Of a stretch of 64,000 nucleotides of DNA, positions 21,319 through 31,146 are shown in pieces. Origin of the DNA: an uncultured Planctomycetaceae bacterium (GTDB lineage Bacteria > Planctomycetota > Planctomycetia > Planctomycetales > Planctomycetaceae); assembly GCA_963815195.1 (NCBI GenBank), contig CAWFGE010000007.1:307051-371050 (forward strand), written 5' to 3'. The notes beneath the pieces were generated by a model, which searched no databases, had not been told where the DNA came from, and saw nothing but the letters and a program-made list of their open reading frames with translations. How positions within the stretch are numbered: position 1 is the first letter of the stretch; the number at the start of each line of letters is the position of its first letter. The position numbers and the translations under genes were made by a program.

Positions 21319-21614
21319 TACCCGCCCGAAACCGCCCCGACAACGATGAACGGCTCGCGTCCGGTTGTCACGTCGTCGGGCAGCGGCGTGTCGGGCGAAT
21401 CGTGCGAGAGATCCTCCTGGCAGGCATAAAACCGCAAGAGCGGCCGCCGCTGTTTGGTGACCTGATCGCGGATCGTCCCCACGAGTGCCGGGTGCTTCGC
21501 TTCCAGAGCATCCAAAACCGTTCGCTGCGTCACGGGGCCTTTCACCTCGAGCGCCACCTCGCGGTCAACCCCGGCCAGGTTCCGCAAATGATACGGCAAT
21601 TCCACGCGGATCAT
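21318..21614 (-). CDS. MoaD/ThiS-family ubiquitin-like sulfur carrier
   Basis: 98 aa; LPYHLRNLAG, C-terminal GAVSGG. Confidence 0.88.
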   Translation of the reverse strand: MIRVELPYHLRNLAGVDREVALEVKGPVTQRTVLDALEAKHPALVGTIRDQVTKQRRPLLRFYACQEDLSHDSPDTPLPDDVTTGREPFIVVGAVSGG

Positions 21615-21735
21615 CTTAAGCTACGTTCCAAGGATAATGGGAGTGTTTTAATCAAACGAATTCCGCGGGCTCATCATCAAATCCTCGCGACCAACTCGGC
21701 CGTTCAGCCGTGGATGTCTTCATCGTACCGCCCCG

Positions 21736-23346
21736 TCATTTCTCGTTCGGTCCGCGGAAGGCGTCGAAGCGGTAGCGGATCATCTCGCCTTTGCCTTTGA
21801 CGCTGATGAACTCGAGGGCCGAGCCTTCGCACAGGTGGGCCACCTTGTCCCAGGCGTCGCCGCTCAAGGCGATCGCTCCGCTGACGCCGTGGCTTTCCAT
21901 GCGGGCCGCGGTGTTCACCGTATCGCCGAACAAATCGAACAAATACTGCCGGCTGCCCAAAACGCCGCCGAGCACCTGGCCGAAGTGAATCCCCACCCGC
22001 AGGTTCCAGCCGGTGGGCAGGCTGTGCGTGGCGGCGATCATCTCCTGCCCGAACTTGATGCAATTCAGCACCGGGTTTTCGACCGGCACCAACAGCCCGC
22101 ACGCCGCCATGAACGCATCGCCGATGGTTTTGATTTTCTGAATCTCGTGTTTCTGGGCCGCCTCTTCCCAGGCTTCGACGAGCTGCTGAAGATGATGCAC
22201 CACGTCTTCGGGCGTGTGCTTTTCGCAATACGGCGTAAAATCGACGATGTCCGCAAACAGCACCGCCACCTGATCGTACCGCCGCGGCGCGACGGAGTTG
22301 GTGGCCTTCAGCTCCGAAACGATTTGAGGCGGCAGAATCACGTGCAGCAATTCGTCGGCCCGCCGGCGTTCGCGGTCGATCTCCATCAAATGCTTCCGCT
22401 CCCGCTCCCTGAGCCGCTTCTTCTCGAGGCACGCCCCGATGCGGGCCTTGAGAAACACCGGATTGTAGGGCCGAGTGAGGTAGTCCTCGGCTCCCATTTT
22501 GATGCAGCTGACCACATAGTCGATCTCGTTGAGCGCGGAGATCATAATCACCGGCACGTCGCGAAGCCGCTTGTCGGATTTGAGTTTGATCAAGACGGAA
22601 AAGCCGTCCATCTCGGGCATCACGATGTCCAACAGCACGAGGTCATAAACCCCCGCCGCCAGCATCGCCAGGGCGTCCCGTCCGTTGGAGGCGGCCTCGA
22701 CTTCGTGGCCGTGCGATTCGAGCAATCGCCTGAGAATATCGCGGTTGATCTCGTTGTCGTCGACGATCAGAATCCGTCCCGTCTCGGAGCTTTCGTTCTC
22801 CGAATCCCGCGCCATCCGCTGCACCATCTCTTGGATTTTTTTGAGATCCGGCAGGTCCGCGGGCATCACCGAGGCTTCCATGTTCCACGAGGCGAGGATC
22901 GTATCGATTCGCTCGAAGCACCGCTTGCCGAGCGTATGCAGCATTTCGAGATCCGGAAGAAACTCGTCGAGAAAAAAATCCCCCGCATCTTCGATCCACA
23001 TCTCCGAATAGTTGATCACCGGGTTCAGCTTGTTCAACATGTCGTGCCGAATCCGGGAGCGGAGGCTCTCGAGCTCGGCTTCGTCCGCCGCGTCGAGTTC
23101 CGCCGGCGCGAGCACGGTTTCGATCAGTCTTTTGAGTTCGACCGCCGCCTGGCGGATCCGCGCGATGTCTTCCTGAAACCGCGGTTGCTCGGCGGCTTTG
23201 GGATCGGCCGCGATGCGATCGGAGACCGCCAAAATGGCTTCGACCGGCGTGAGCAGCTCGTCCCGCTGCGTCGCCAGAAAAGCCCGCAGTGCCCGGGCCG
23301 GCGGATCGACCGATGCCGAAGTCGTCAAGGAGGAAGCAGCGTCCAT
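21736..23346 (-). CDS. Class III adenylate cyclase with tandem HisKA/DHp-like repeats and a REC domain
   Basis: VLFADIVDFT, KIKTIGDAFM, RVGIHFG, FDLFGDTVNTAARMES; REC ILIVDD...LLDIVMPEMDG; N-terminal RDELLTP and RHDMLNKLNPVINYSE. Confidence 0.9.
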   Translation of the reverse strand: MDAASSLTTSASVDPPARALRAFLATQRDELLTPVEAILAVSDRIAADPKAAEQPRFQEDIARIRQAAVELKRLIETVLAPAELDAADEAELESLRSRIRHDMLNKLNPVINYSEMWIEDAGDFFLDEFLPDLEMLHTLGKRCFERIDTILASWNMEASVMPADLPDLKKIQEMVQRMARDSENESSETGRILIVDDNEINRDILRRLLESHGHEVEAASNGRDALAMLAAGVYDLVLLDIVMPEMDGFSVLIKLKSDKRLRDVPVIMISALNEIDYVVSCIKMGAEDYLTRPYNPVFLKARIGACLEKKRLRERERKHLMEIDRERRRADELLHVILPPQIVSELKATNSVAPRRYDQVAVLFADIVDFTPYCEKHTPEDVVHHLQQLVEAWEEAAQKHEIQKIKTIGDAFMAACGLLVPVENPVLNCIKFGQEMIAATHSLPTGWNLRVGIHFGQVLGGVLGSRQYLFDLFGDTVNTAARMESHGVSGAIALSGDAWDKVAHLCEGSALEFISVKGKGEMIRYRFDAFRGPNEK

Positions 23347-23382
23347 GTTTGTCTCGGATGGGAGTAAATGAAATCGACCAAA

Positions 23383-23760
23383 TCAACTCGCGGCACGGCC
23401 TTCGAGGAGCGTGCGGATTTTTTCTAGGAGCGAGGGGAACTCGATGGGCTTGGTTTCGTAGTCGTCGCAGCCCGCCTCCAAAACCCGCTCACGGTCCCCG
23501 GACATCGCAAGGGCCGTCAATGCGATGACGGGAATTGCCTCGGTCGCGGAATCGGCTTTGATCAGCCGCGTCGCCTCGAGTCCATCCATCACCGGCATGC
23601 TGACATCCATGAGGACCAAATCCGGATTTTCCGACAGAACTTTCTCGCAGGCGTCCGCCCCGTTCACGGCAGTGGTCACTTCGTAGCCGCGCTTCTGCAA
23701 GCGGCGCACCAGGAAGTCGCGGTTCAGTTCTTCGTCGTCGACCAGCAAAATCTTAGGCAC
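23383..23760 (-). CDS. Single-domain response regulator (DivK-like REC)
   Basis: ILLVDD, VLMDVSMPVMDG, IALTA, GCDDYETKP. Confidence 0.93.
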   Translation of the reverse strand: MPKILLVDDEELNRDFLVRRLQKRGYEVTTAVNGADACEKVLSENPDLVLMDVSMPVMDGLEATRLIKADSATEAIPVIALTALAMSGDRERVLEAGCDDYETKPIEFPSLLEKIRTLLEGRAAS

Positions 23761-23837
23761 TCAGACTTCTCCTTGGTTTCGAACATTTCGCGTGGAAATG
23801 GGTTCTTCAATTCACGAGCTTAAAAAGTGGTTGAAAT

Positions 23838-24095
23838 GTGAGCGGTAGGCGCTAGCCTCCGGCTTTGATGGAACGCGAAAATCAGGGCCGGCGGCTAGCG
23901 CCTTGCCGCTCATGTTTTCGGGGCCGGCGGCTAGCCGCCTTGCCGCTCATGTTTTCCGGGCCGGCGGCTAGCGCCGTGCCGCTCATGTTTTCGGGGCCGG
24001 CGGCTACGCGCCTTGCCGTTCATGTTTTCGGGGCCGGCGGCTAGCGCCTTGCCGTTCATGTTTTCGGGGCCGGCGGCTAGCGCCGTGCCGCTCAC
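23838..24095. repeat. REP family A element with six tandem ~36-bp right-arm units
   Basis: Left arm 23838-23863; units gggccggcggctagcgccttgccgctcatgttttcg start at 23885, 23921, 23958, 23994, 24031 and 24067. Confidence 0.9.
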
Positions 24096-24115
24096 TTTGG
24101 CGTTTTTAAACACGT

Positions 24116-27100
24116 TCAGACCTTTCCCGAGGGGCCGCTACTGCGGGCGACCCCCGCAAACTTCCGCACTTGATCCAGAAGCTGCTCCCGGCTGTAGCTG
24201 CCTTTTTGCAGAACTTGCCGGACTTCGCCGTTGAGCCAGTTCCGTTCGTCGGCCGTCAATTCCTTGGCCGTGATGACGACCACGGGCGTCGCGCTCCATT
24301 CGGTTCGCTTCCGCATTTCGGCCAAGAGCGAAAAGCCGTCCATCACCGGCATCATCAAGTCGAGCAGCATCAGAGCCGGCCGGCAATTCGCCAGTTTTTC
24401 CAGGGCGACCTTTCCGTTTTCGGCCTCGGTCACGTTCCAACCGGCCCCCTCCAGAATCCGGGAGATGAGCGTCCGCGTGGAGTCATCGTCTTCCACCACA
24501 AGCACGTCATGATTTCCCTCGGCCGGATTCCGGTACCGCGACGCGAGCGCCATCAGGCGGTCCCGGTCGATGGGCTTCGTCATATAATCCGTCGCCCCCA
24601 AAGCGAGCCCCAGGTTCTTGTCGTCGACCATCGTCATCATAATGACCGGAATCTGGCAGAGTTCGTCGTCGGCCTTGAGCGCGCTCAACACGTCCCAACC
24701 GTCCATGCTGGGCATCATCACGTCGAGCGTGATGAACACCGGCTGGAGTTCGCGGGCTTTTTGGATCCCGTCCTCGCCTCCCGCGGCCGTCACCACATGA
24801 AAGCCTTCTTTGGAAAGATACCGTTTGATCAGATCGCGGGCCGAGGCGTCGTCGTCGATTACCAGCACGGTGCCGGCTTTTCCATTGTGCTCGGCCTCTC
24901 TGGGGCCTGCTTCGGTTTCGGCCTCGTCGGCTTTGGCGGGCGGCTCCTTGAGGAGAGGGATTCTGACCGTGAACGTCGAGCCTTGGCCGTATTCGCTGTC
25001 CAGGACAATTTCGCCTCCCATCAATTCGCAGAGGTGCTTCGTGATGGACAGCCCCAGCCCGGTGCCGCCGTATTTCCGCGTGGTCGAGGCGTCGGCCTGC
25101 TGGAACTTCTGAAACAATTTCGCCTGCTGGTCGGGGGTGATGCCGATCCCCGAATCCTTCACGGCGAACACGACGCTGTCTTTCCCGTTCGCGGAATCCA
25201 GCGTGGCGTCCAGGCGGATTTCGCCGTGTTCCGTAAACTTGCAGGCATTGCTGAGCAGGTTGAACAGCACCTGGCGGACCCGCGTGCGGTCGGAATACAG
25301 CGTCTCGATCTCCGGATCGCAGGTCCATTTCAAGCGGTTGGAATTCTTGTTGACCAGCGGGTCCACGGCACTGACGACGCTCTCGATCATCGGTTGGACC
25401 TCGAACGATTCGTAGCAGAGCTCCATCTTGCCGGCTTCGATCTTGGACAGATCGAGAATGTCGTTCACTAACGCCAACTGGTGTCTTCCGCCTTCGATAA
25501 TCTTCTGGAGATCGGGGATGTATTTTTCGTTTCCGTCGTCTTCGACGTCCTCGATCAAGAGTTCCCCGTAGCCGATGATCGCGTTGAGGGGCGTGCGCAG
25601 CTCGTGGCTCATCTGGGCCAAAAAGGCGCTTTTGCGCGGTTGGCCTCCAAGGCGGCGTCGCGGGCGGTTTCCAATTCGGCCGCCGACTTGCGAAGCTCGT
25701 CCGTCCGCTCATTCACGCGGACTTCCAGGAGGCTCTTTTCTTTTTCGAGGTCCTGGTTCAATTCCTGAACCTTTTCCCGCTCTTCTTCGAGCTTGCGGTT
25801 TCGCTCGCGGATCTGGTCGGCCATGTTGCGAAAGGAGCGGGCCAAATCGCCGATCTCGCCCCGGTCGTTCACGGGCAGGACGACGTCGAAGTCGCCCGCG
25901 CCGAGCCGCTGTGTGGACGTGATAATCTTATGCAGCGGGCGGGTGATGATCAGGGAAAACAGAACGGCCAGAATCGCGGCCCCGCCGCCGAACCCCAAGA
26001 GGGCCATGTCTCGAATCTCCGCCACTTCCGCATCGACGTCCGACCGCAGCTCCTCGTTCGACACGGCGACGGCCAGATCGACATAAAGGTCATTTTGCAA
26101 TCCTCCATAAAACATCCGGACCTGATGCATCGCAAAGGTTTTGAGTTCGACGGGTTCATTCCATTGAATCGTCCCAGGAATGCCCGCATCTTTGAGCAGG
26201 TCGGCGATCTTGTTCTGAAACTCCAGAACATCCGGCTTTCGCGGCGACGAGCACCGCAGCTTGAAGCGGGGAATCTCTTTCGAGGGCATTCCCGTGCGGT
26301 ATTCCGGATGTTCCCGAAGCAGTGCGTAGAGTTTCGTTTTGAACTCGCTGCGCTGTTTGCCTTTGTCTGTGTCTTCAATTCTCCAATCAAGAACGTCGAT
26401 CATCTCTTTTGGCAGGATCTCGCTGAAGCCGAACCACGAATGCAGCGACTCGAGCGCGGCGTTTTTCGACGTTTTGCCCCGCTCCTTGTTGTTTTTGGCT
26501 TCCTCCGAGCTCGTCGGTTGGTTCATAAACGTTTTAAAGTCGTCGTGCAGCTTGCGGAGTTCCCGCCCGGCTTTTTCGAGCGTCGCCCCCGTGCGGGTTT
26601 TGAGATCGAAATTCTCGCGCCGTTGCGGATGCTGCAGGAATTCGCCTTCCGAATTGATGACAAACAGAAAATGCCGCGGGGACACGGCCGTCTGCTCGTC
26701 CCGGCTCAAATCCGAATCCAACAAGCGGAAATGCAGCGTGCCCACCATGACAAGCGCGGTGTCGCCGTGGTTTGCCTTGTGGAGTTCGGGGGGAACTTGA
26801 ATCGCCAATTGCAGCGTGAGCCGCCGTTGATACGGCCATCCGCCCGGCAAATCGCCCGCATCCGGGTCGGAGTCGTAAACGATCTCGGCCTGACCAAATT
26901 CCGACGTGCAAATCAGCGACGCCCCCTCCTCGCGGATGGACTTGAACAGCTCGGCTTGCGTCGTGGGCTCCGACACCGCGCGAACGCTCGGCTTTCGGAC
27001 TTGGGCCACGGGCTCGGCCGCCTGCGGTCTTCCGTCCGGCGCCACGGCCCAGATTTCCACCTGGACGAGGTCGCCGAACGACTCCACCAACTTTTCGGCG

Positions 27101-27393
27101 GCGTCCCGCCACTCTTCTAACACGACTTTCTTTGGCTCGCCCGCCAGCAATGCTCCGGCGGAAACGTTGTCGGGGACGGATTTTGCCAACGTCCAGAAAT
27201 CTTGGCGAAAAATCGTGGTGGACTGTTTCATGCGCTGGGCGGAAAGCTCGGTTTCATCCGCCAGGTCCACGACTTCGTGCTCGATGACGTGCTCCACCGA
27301 CTTGCTCAACACCCAACGCGAAACGATCCCTGCCGTGATGAGCACCAAAACCGTCGTGAGCAGGCAAATCTTGGCCCCGATGGTGATTTTCAT
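24116..27393 (-). CDS. Membrane hybrid sensor histidine kinase (TM-sensor-TM-HAMP-HisKA-HATPase-REC-REC), frameshifted at ~25631
   Basis: Adding one A to the AAAA run restores [49 protein letters not shown]; two REC domains. Confidence 0.9.
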
Positions 27394-27679
27394 TTTCGAT
27401 CGGCTTCCCGCAGGATGTGAAGGTTCGGCGCGGCGAATGGCGGAGTCGATGGACCAGAGAAAACCCTAGATTAACCCGGAGTCACCCGCTGAGCAAGTGG
27501 CAACCACGCCGGCAAAATCAGGTTTCGCCCCTTTTAATCCTGAGATACCGTTCAACCACTAAAACCGGTCTCGATGGTCCACGAAGTCGGCCGCGATGAC
27601 GCAAACGGGTGATGAAAAGCGGGCCTCCGGTTGCAAGTTTGGGCTCTTCCGACGAAACGCCCAATTCCCCGCAACGGGC

Positions 27680-28231
27680 TCAGGGGGCGGACGCGAGATC
27701 GAAGAACGAGTCGAGGGTGATGATGATCAGCATCATCACGCCGATAATCAACTTGCCCGCCGTTCCCAACAGCCGGCCGATGAAGGCCCCGCGGCCGATG
27801 GCCATCCGCTGGGTGTGGGGAATGCCGGTCCCCATCTCGCCCAGGTAGGCTCCCAGGTAAGCCCCCACCGATCCGCCGACCAAGGCTCCGATCAACGGTC
27901 CCACCACCGGGACCGGCAGCCCGATCGCAGCCCCGGTGAGGCTGCCGACGATCGCGCCCAGAATCGCCGCCACCACGCCCCGGCGGCTGCCGCCCAGCTG
28001 AGCGGCCCCCGCGGCCCCGGCAAGAAACTCCACAATCTCCCCCAATACCGCCAGCCCCAACGCCACCCAGACGACGGTCCAACTGATCCGCGGGTGCAAA
28101 TCGCTGGGCAACAGGTAGGCGTAAAGCACGGTGAAGCCGAGCATAAACCAGTTGCCGGGCAACGTAAACAGCGTGGAAATCCACGAGAGGACATTTCCCG
28201 CAAACAGGAATATGGCCCAAACGTAAACCAT
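27680..28231 (-). CDS. DUF456-family membrane protein
   Basis: LPGNW, GGSRRG, Gly-rich TM helices, GAYLGE. Confidence 0.8.
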   Translation of the reverse strand: MVYVWAIFLFAGNVLSWISTLFTLPGNWFMLGFTVLYAYLLPSDLHPRISWTVVWVALGLAVLGEIVEFLAGAAGAAQLGGSRRGVVAAILGAIVGSLTGAAIGLPVPVVGPLIGALVGGSVGAYLGAYLGEMGTGIPHTQRMAIGRGAFIGRLLGTAGKLIIGVMMLIIITLDSFFDLASAP

Positions 28232-28458
28232 CCGGGGCGGCTCCTCGAAAACCAGCGGTCAAATGCATTCGTTCCTTTCCATTGTCGCGGTCGATGTTCG
28301 TTTGAGAAGCCCGGAATGTTTTTCCCAATATTTTCCGCGATTTGGGGAATATAGAAGAAGAGCGGGTTTGCGGACGATTTTGCGCTGATTTTTGGAGAAA
28401 ATCGTGATGGCCCCGTCCCCATTCGGTAAAATGGAACGAGGAACCAGGAACTTTCAGG

Positions 28459-29070
28459 ATGCAACCGTTATCGATTCGCTGCCCGCTTTGCGGCAATGAG
28501 AATCTCTTTCCGCCCCAATACGCGGGGAGGACGCTTTCGTGCGCGCACTGCGGGGAACGCTTGCCCGTTGCCGCTCCGGGCCAGGGGACCGTTGCCCTAC
28601 CGGCCGGTTCGACGCAGACGCAAAGCCCGGCCCGCGAGACGGGACTCCGGCGGTTGATGCGCGCGATTTGCTCCGGTTTTTGCCTCGTGTGCTGTCTGGT
28701 GCTCGGAGCGGCGGGCGGCGGTTGGGCGGGGATCGAATTGGCTTTCCGGGTGGGCGTTTTGGGATATCTGATCGCCCTCGTCACCTGCCCGGCGGGAGGT
28801 CTGTTGGGGCTTTGGGCGGGACGCTGGCTGGGCCGGGGCTTGGGACGGTTTTTGGGGTCGTACCGGTTAAGCCTGCCGGGCATGTTCGCGGGCTTTGGGG
28901 GCGGTCTCTTGTATTGGGGGCATACGGTCGAGTCTTCGTACTCCCGCTTCCTCGCCACAGAGTTGGCTTGGAATGAATGGCTGCTTTTGTCCGTGGCGTT
29001 GGCGTGCGGCGGCCTGGTGGCGGCGGTTCTCGCGATGCTTCTCGACGCCGTTTTGAATTTCACCCGCTGA
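28459..29070 (+). CDS. Zinc-ribbon-containing integral membrane protein
   Basis: CPLCG...CAHCG followed by about 4 Gly-rich hydrophobic helices; GAGGA RBS-like sequence. Confidence 0.65.
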   Translation: MQPLSIRCPLCGNENLFPPQYAGRTLSCAHCGERLPVAAPGQGTVALPAGSTQTQSPARETGLRRLMRAICSGFCLVCCLVLGAAGGGWAGIELAFRVGVLGYLIALVTCPAGGLLGLWAGRWLGRGLGRFLGSYRLSLPGMFAGFGGGLLYWGHTVESSYSRFLATELAWNEWLLLSVALACGGLVAAVLAMLLDAVLNFTR

Positions 29071-29401
29071 ACTGGCAGAGATTGACGGCTGGGAAATCTT
29101 CACGGAATCGTTCCCCCCGTCTCTTCGGCTTTCCCGCGAACGCCGAGGAAATTCTTGAAATAAAGCCCGGCCCGCTTCCGATACTGCGCTGTGAGAGAAG
29201 CCGGGTTTTACCCAAATCTTCCATGGATGTTTGCTGTGTGTTGAAGGGAATCCCTCGGCCCGGTCCATTGGAGTCTCTCACGCGGACCATGACGGGACCT
29301 GCTCGGAGAGGATGCCGAGAGCCTGAACCACAAGGACCACGCTGGTGCCTGCCGAGGTTTCGGAGACGATCTCCCACCAGCCTGACATAGCGGGGGACCG
29401 G

Positions 29402-30364
29402 ATGTTAAAACCGATGTGTTTTTCACGTGGGCTGCTGATGCTGGGGGCGCTCGCCTTGCTGCCTTGGGGCACGGCGTCGGCCCAGATGGTGGTGCCCGGT
29501 ACGGGCTACCGCATCGCCTACGACGACTTTGAAGCCGACGGGTGGGATTTCTTTCACAACCACCCCAAAAGCAGCGAAGAGCAGGATGGACAGGTCCGCC
29601 AGCCGGCGGGCTACTCCAACAACGGCATGTGGGGCGAAGGCCTGAAGCGCGGCCAGCCCGATTATCTCAAAACGATCGAAACGCCCGCCGGCGGATTGGA
29701 AGGCAGCAAGCGGGCTTTGCTGATGCGCACCCGCGACGCGGGCCGGCCCGGCCTGCACAGCTTCAAAATGCAGCAGGACGACCTGATTTTTAATACATTC
29801 GCCCGCACCGGCGGAGCGATCCCGATTTCCCAATCGCCCAGCGCCGTCGTCCGGGTGTATTTCCCGCCTTTCGAGCAATGGGATCCCGTGACGGGCACGA
29901 CGTTTGGACTTCGCGGCGACCTGACCACCACAAAAACCGAAGAAGTTACCAAGCGGTTTTTGTTCATCAAACGCAAGAAAAAAGAGGAAAAGACCGAGCT
30001 GTATTGGCCGGGGCTGTTTGTGCAGTTCAATTCCAAGAAAGACCCCAAGAACGCCGAGGATTCCGCGTTTTTCATCATCCGCTGCGATTCGTCGGGAAAG
30101 GATCTCGTCGGGCCGCAGATCAAGCAGTTGGGCTGGTGGACGCTGGGGATGTCCTTCACGCCCGACGGCCGCGTGCATTATTTCGCCAGTCCGGGCGTCG
30201 ATAATCTCACGTACCGCGACCACATCGCCTCGCATTATCCCTACGGGTATAAAACCGAGCAGTTCAATACGATGTTCTTCAACATCACCAGCCGCGACGA
30301 TGGCCGAACGTGGTCCACGCCTTGGGTGGTCGACGACATGGAAGTTTTCGTCCGCCGGCGTTGA
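29402..30364 (+). CDS. Secreted hypothetical protein
   Basis: GGGGGA RBS; signal peptide ending ASA; GC3-biased codons; terminator downstream. Confidence 0.75.
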   Translation: MLKPMCFSRGLLMLGALALLPWGTASAQMVVPGTGYRIAYDDFEADGWDFFHNHPKSSEEQDGQVRQPAGYSNNGMWGEGLKRGQPDYLKTIETPAGGLEGSKRALLMRTRDAGRPGLHSFKMQQDDLIFNTFARTGGAIPISQSPSAVVRVYFPPFEQWDPVTGTTFGLRGDLTTTKTEEVTKRFLFIKRKKKEEKTELYWPGLFVQFNSKKDPKNAEDSAFFIIRCDSSGKDLVGPQIKQLGWWTLGMSFTPDGRVHYFASPGVDNLTYRDHIASHYPYGYKTEQFNTMFFNITSRDDGRTWSTPWVVDDMEVFVRRR

Positions 30365-30400
30365 GCTTGGCTTCTGCCTGTGAAATTAGGTAAGCTTCAC

Positions 30401-30445
30401 AATCACCGCGGTCCCCGGAAAGCACTGGGAACCGCGGTGATTTTT
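30401..30445 (+). terminator. Rho-independent terminator
   Basis: aatcaccgcggtccccgg / ctgggaaccgcggtgatt stem with a T-run, 37 bp after the stop at 30364. Confidence 0.65.
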
Positions 30446-30446
30446 C

Positions 30447-30521
30447 CGTAGCGGCCGCTTCCAGCCGCCGACTTGACCGATCATCGACTTGATTCTTCGG
30501 CGGCCGGAAGCCACCGCTACG
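30447..30521. repeat. GTAG-type REP-like doublet
   Basis: cgtagcggccgcttccagccgccga ... tcggcggccggaagccaccgctacg. Confidence 0.7.
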
Positions 30522-30536
30522 AAAACTAACAGTTCT

Positions 30537-30616
30537 GGGTGGCACGTCCCTGAGCCTCAGCGAAGGGCGTGACAATTGCCAAGACCACGCCCTTCGTGCC
30601 TCAGGGCGTGCCACCC
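30537..30616. repeat. GGGTGGC-type REP-like doublet
   Basis: gggtggcacgtccctgag...cgaagggcgtg / cacgcccttcg...ctcagggcgtgccaccc. Confidence 0.75.
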
Positions 30617-30707
30617 CGATTCCCTTGAAATGAGCGAATCAAGATTTTCCACCGATTTTTTGAGACACACCCGCTTGGCCTGGCTTGTGCCCGCAAACGT
30701 GGAAAAA

Positions 30708-30764
30708 GAGCCGCGCACGCAGTCAGCGGTCCATTTTTCTTCCCGCTTACTGCGTGCGCGGCTC
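30708..30764. repeat. REP-like doublet, family C
   Basis: gagccgcgcacgcagtcagcgg / ccgcttactgcgtgcgcggctc; same family as 38891-38949. Confidence 0.8.
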
Positions 30765-30789
30765 ATCTAAGAACCCCTAAACAATTGCC

Positions 30790-31089
30790 ATGCAACGCTT
30801 TCTGGTCAATTACCTCCAAAGGCATCAGAACCGCTGGAACCAATGGCTCCACATGGTCGGCGTGCCTTTGACGTTTGTGGTTTCCCTGGTCCTGTTGGTT
30901 CTGGGATTGGGCTGGTGGGCGCTCGGGGCGTTTTTGGGGGGATACGCGCTTCAGTTTGCGGGGCATGCCATCGAAGGGAACGATGCGGGGGAAGTTGTGC
31001 TTTTCAAACGCTGGCTGGGGCGGCCCTATACAGAATTCGGCCCCCAAGGGCTGGCGATGAAGGCGGATCAGTCAAAGTCTAACGATTAA
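30790..31089 (+). CDS. DUF962/Mpo1-like small membrane protein
   Basis: YLQRHQNRWNQWLHMVGVP ... GYALQFAGHAIEGN. Confidence 0.8.
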   Translation: MQRFLVNYLQRHQNRWNQWLHMVGVPLTFVVSLVLLVLGLGWWALGAFLGGYALQFAGHAIEGNDAGEVVLFKRWLGRPYTEFGPQGLAMKADQSKSND

Positions 31090-31146
31090 CTCGCCGATAC
31101 TGATTCTATCACTTGTGCTGAAAGTGCGGAATCAGGAGAGGCGGCA

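Noticed and set aside
23885..24095. 36-bp periodic array resembling a CRISPR
   Set aside because: Units are head-to-tail with no unique spacers, match a dispersed REP arm, and no cas genes are present
23931..24234. Short ORFs with repeating peptides (ALAAGPENMNGK; MFSGPAASA)
   Set aside because: Translations of the DNA repeat array with no RBS or coding signal
25609..25640. Programmed frameshift or phase variation in the histidine kinase
   Set aside because: The run is only 4 A, and the window has many similar single-base breaks; sequencing error is more parsimonious
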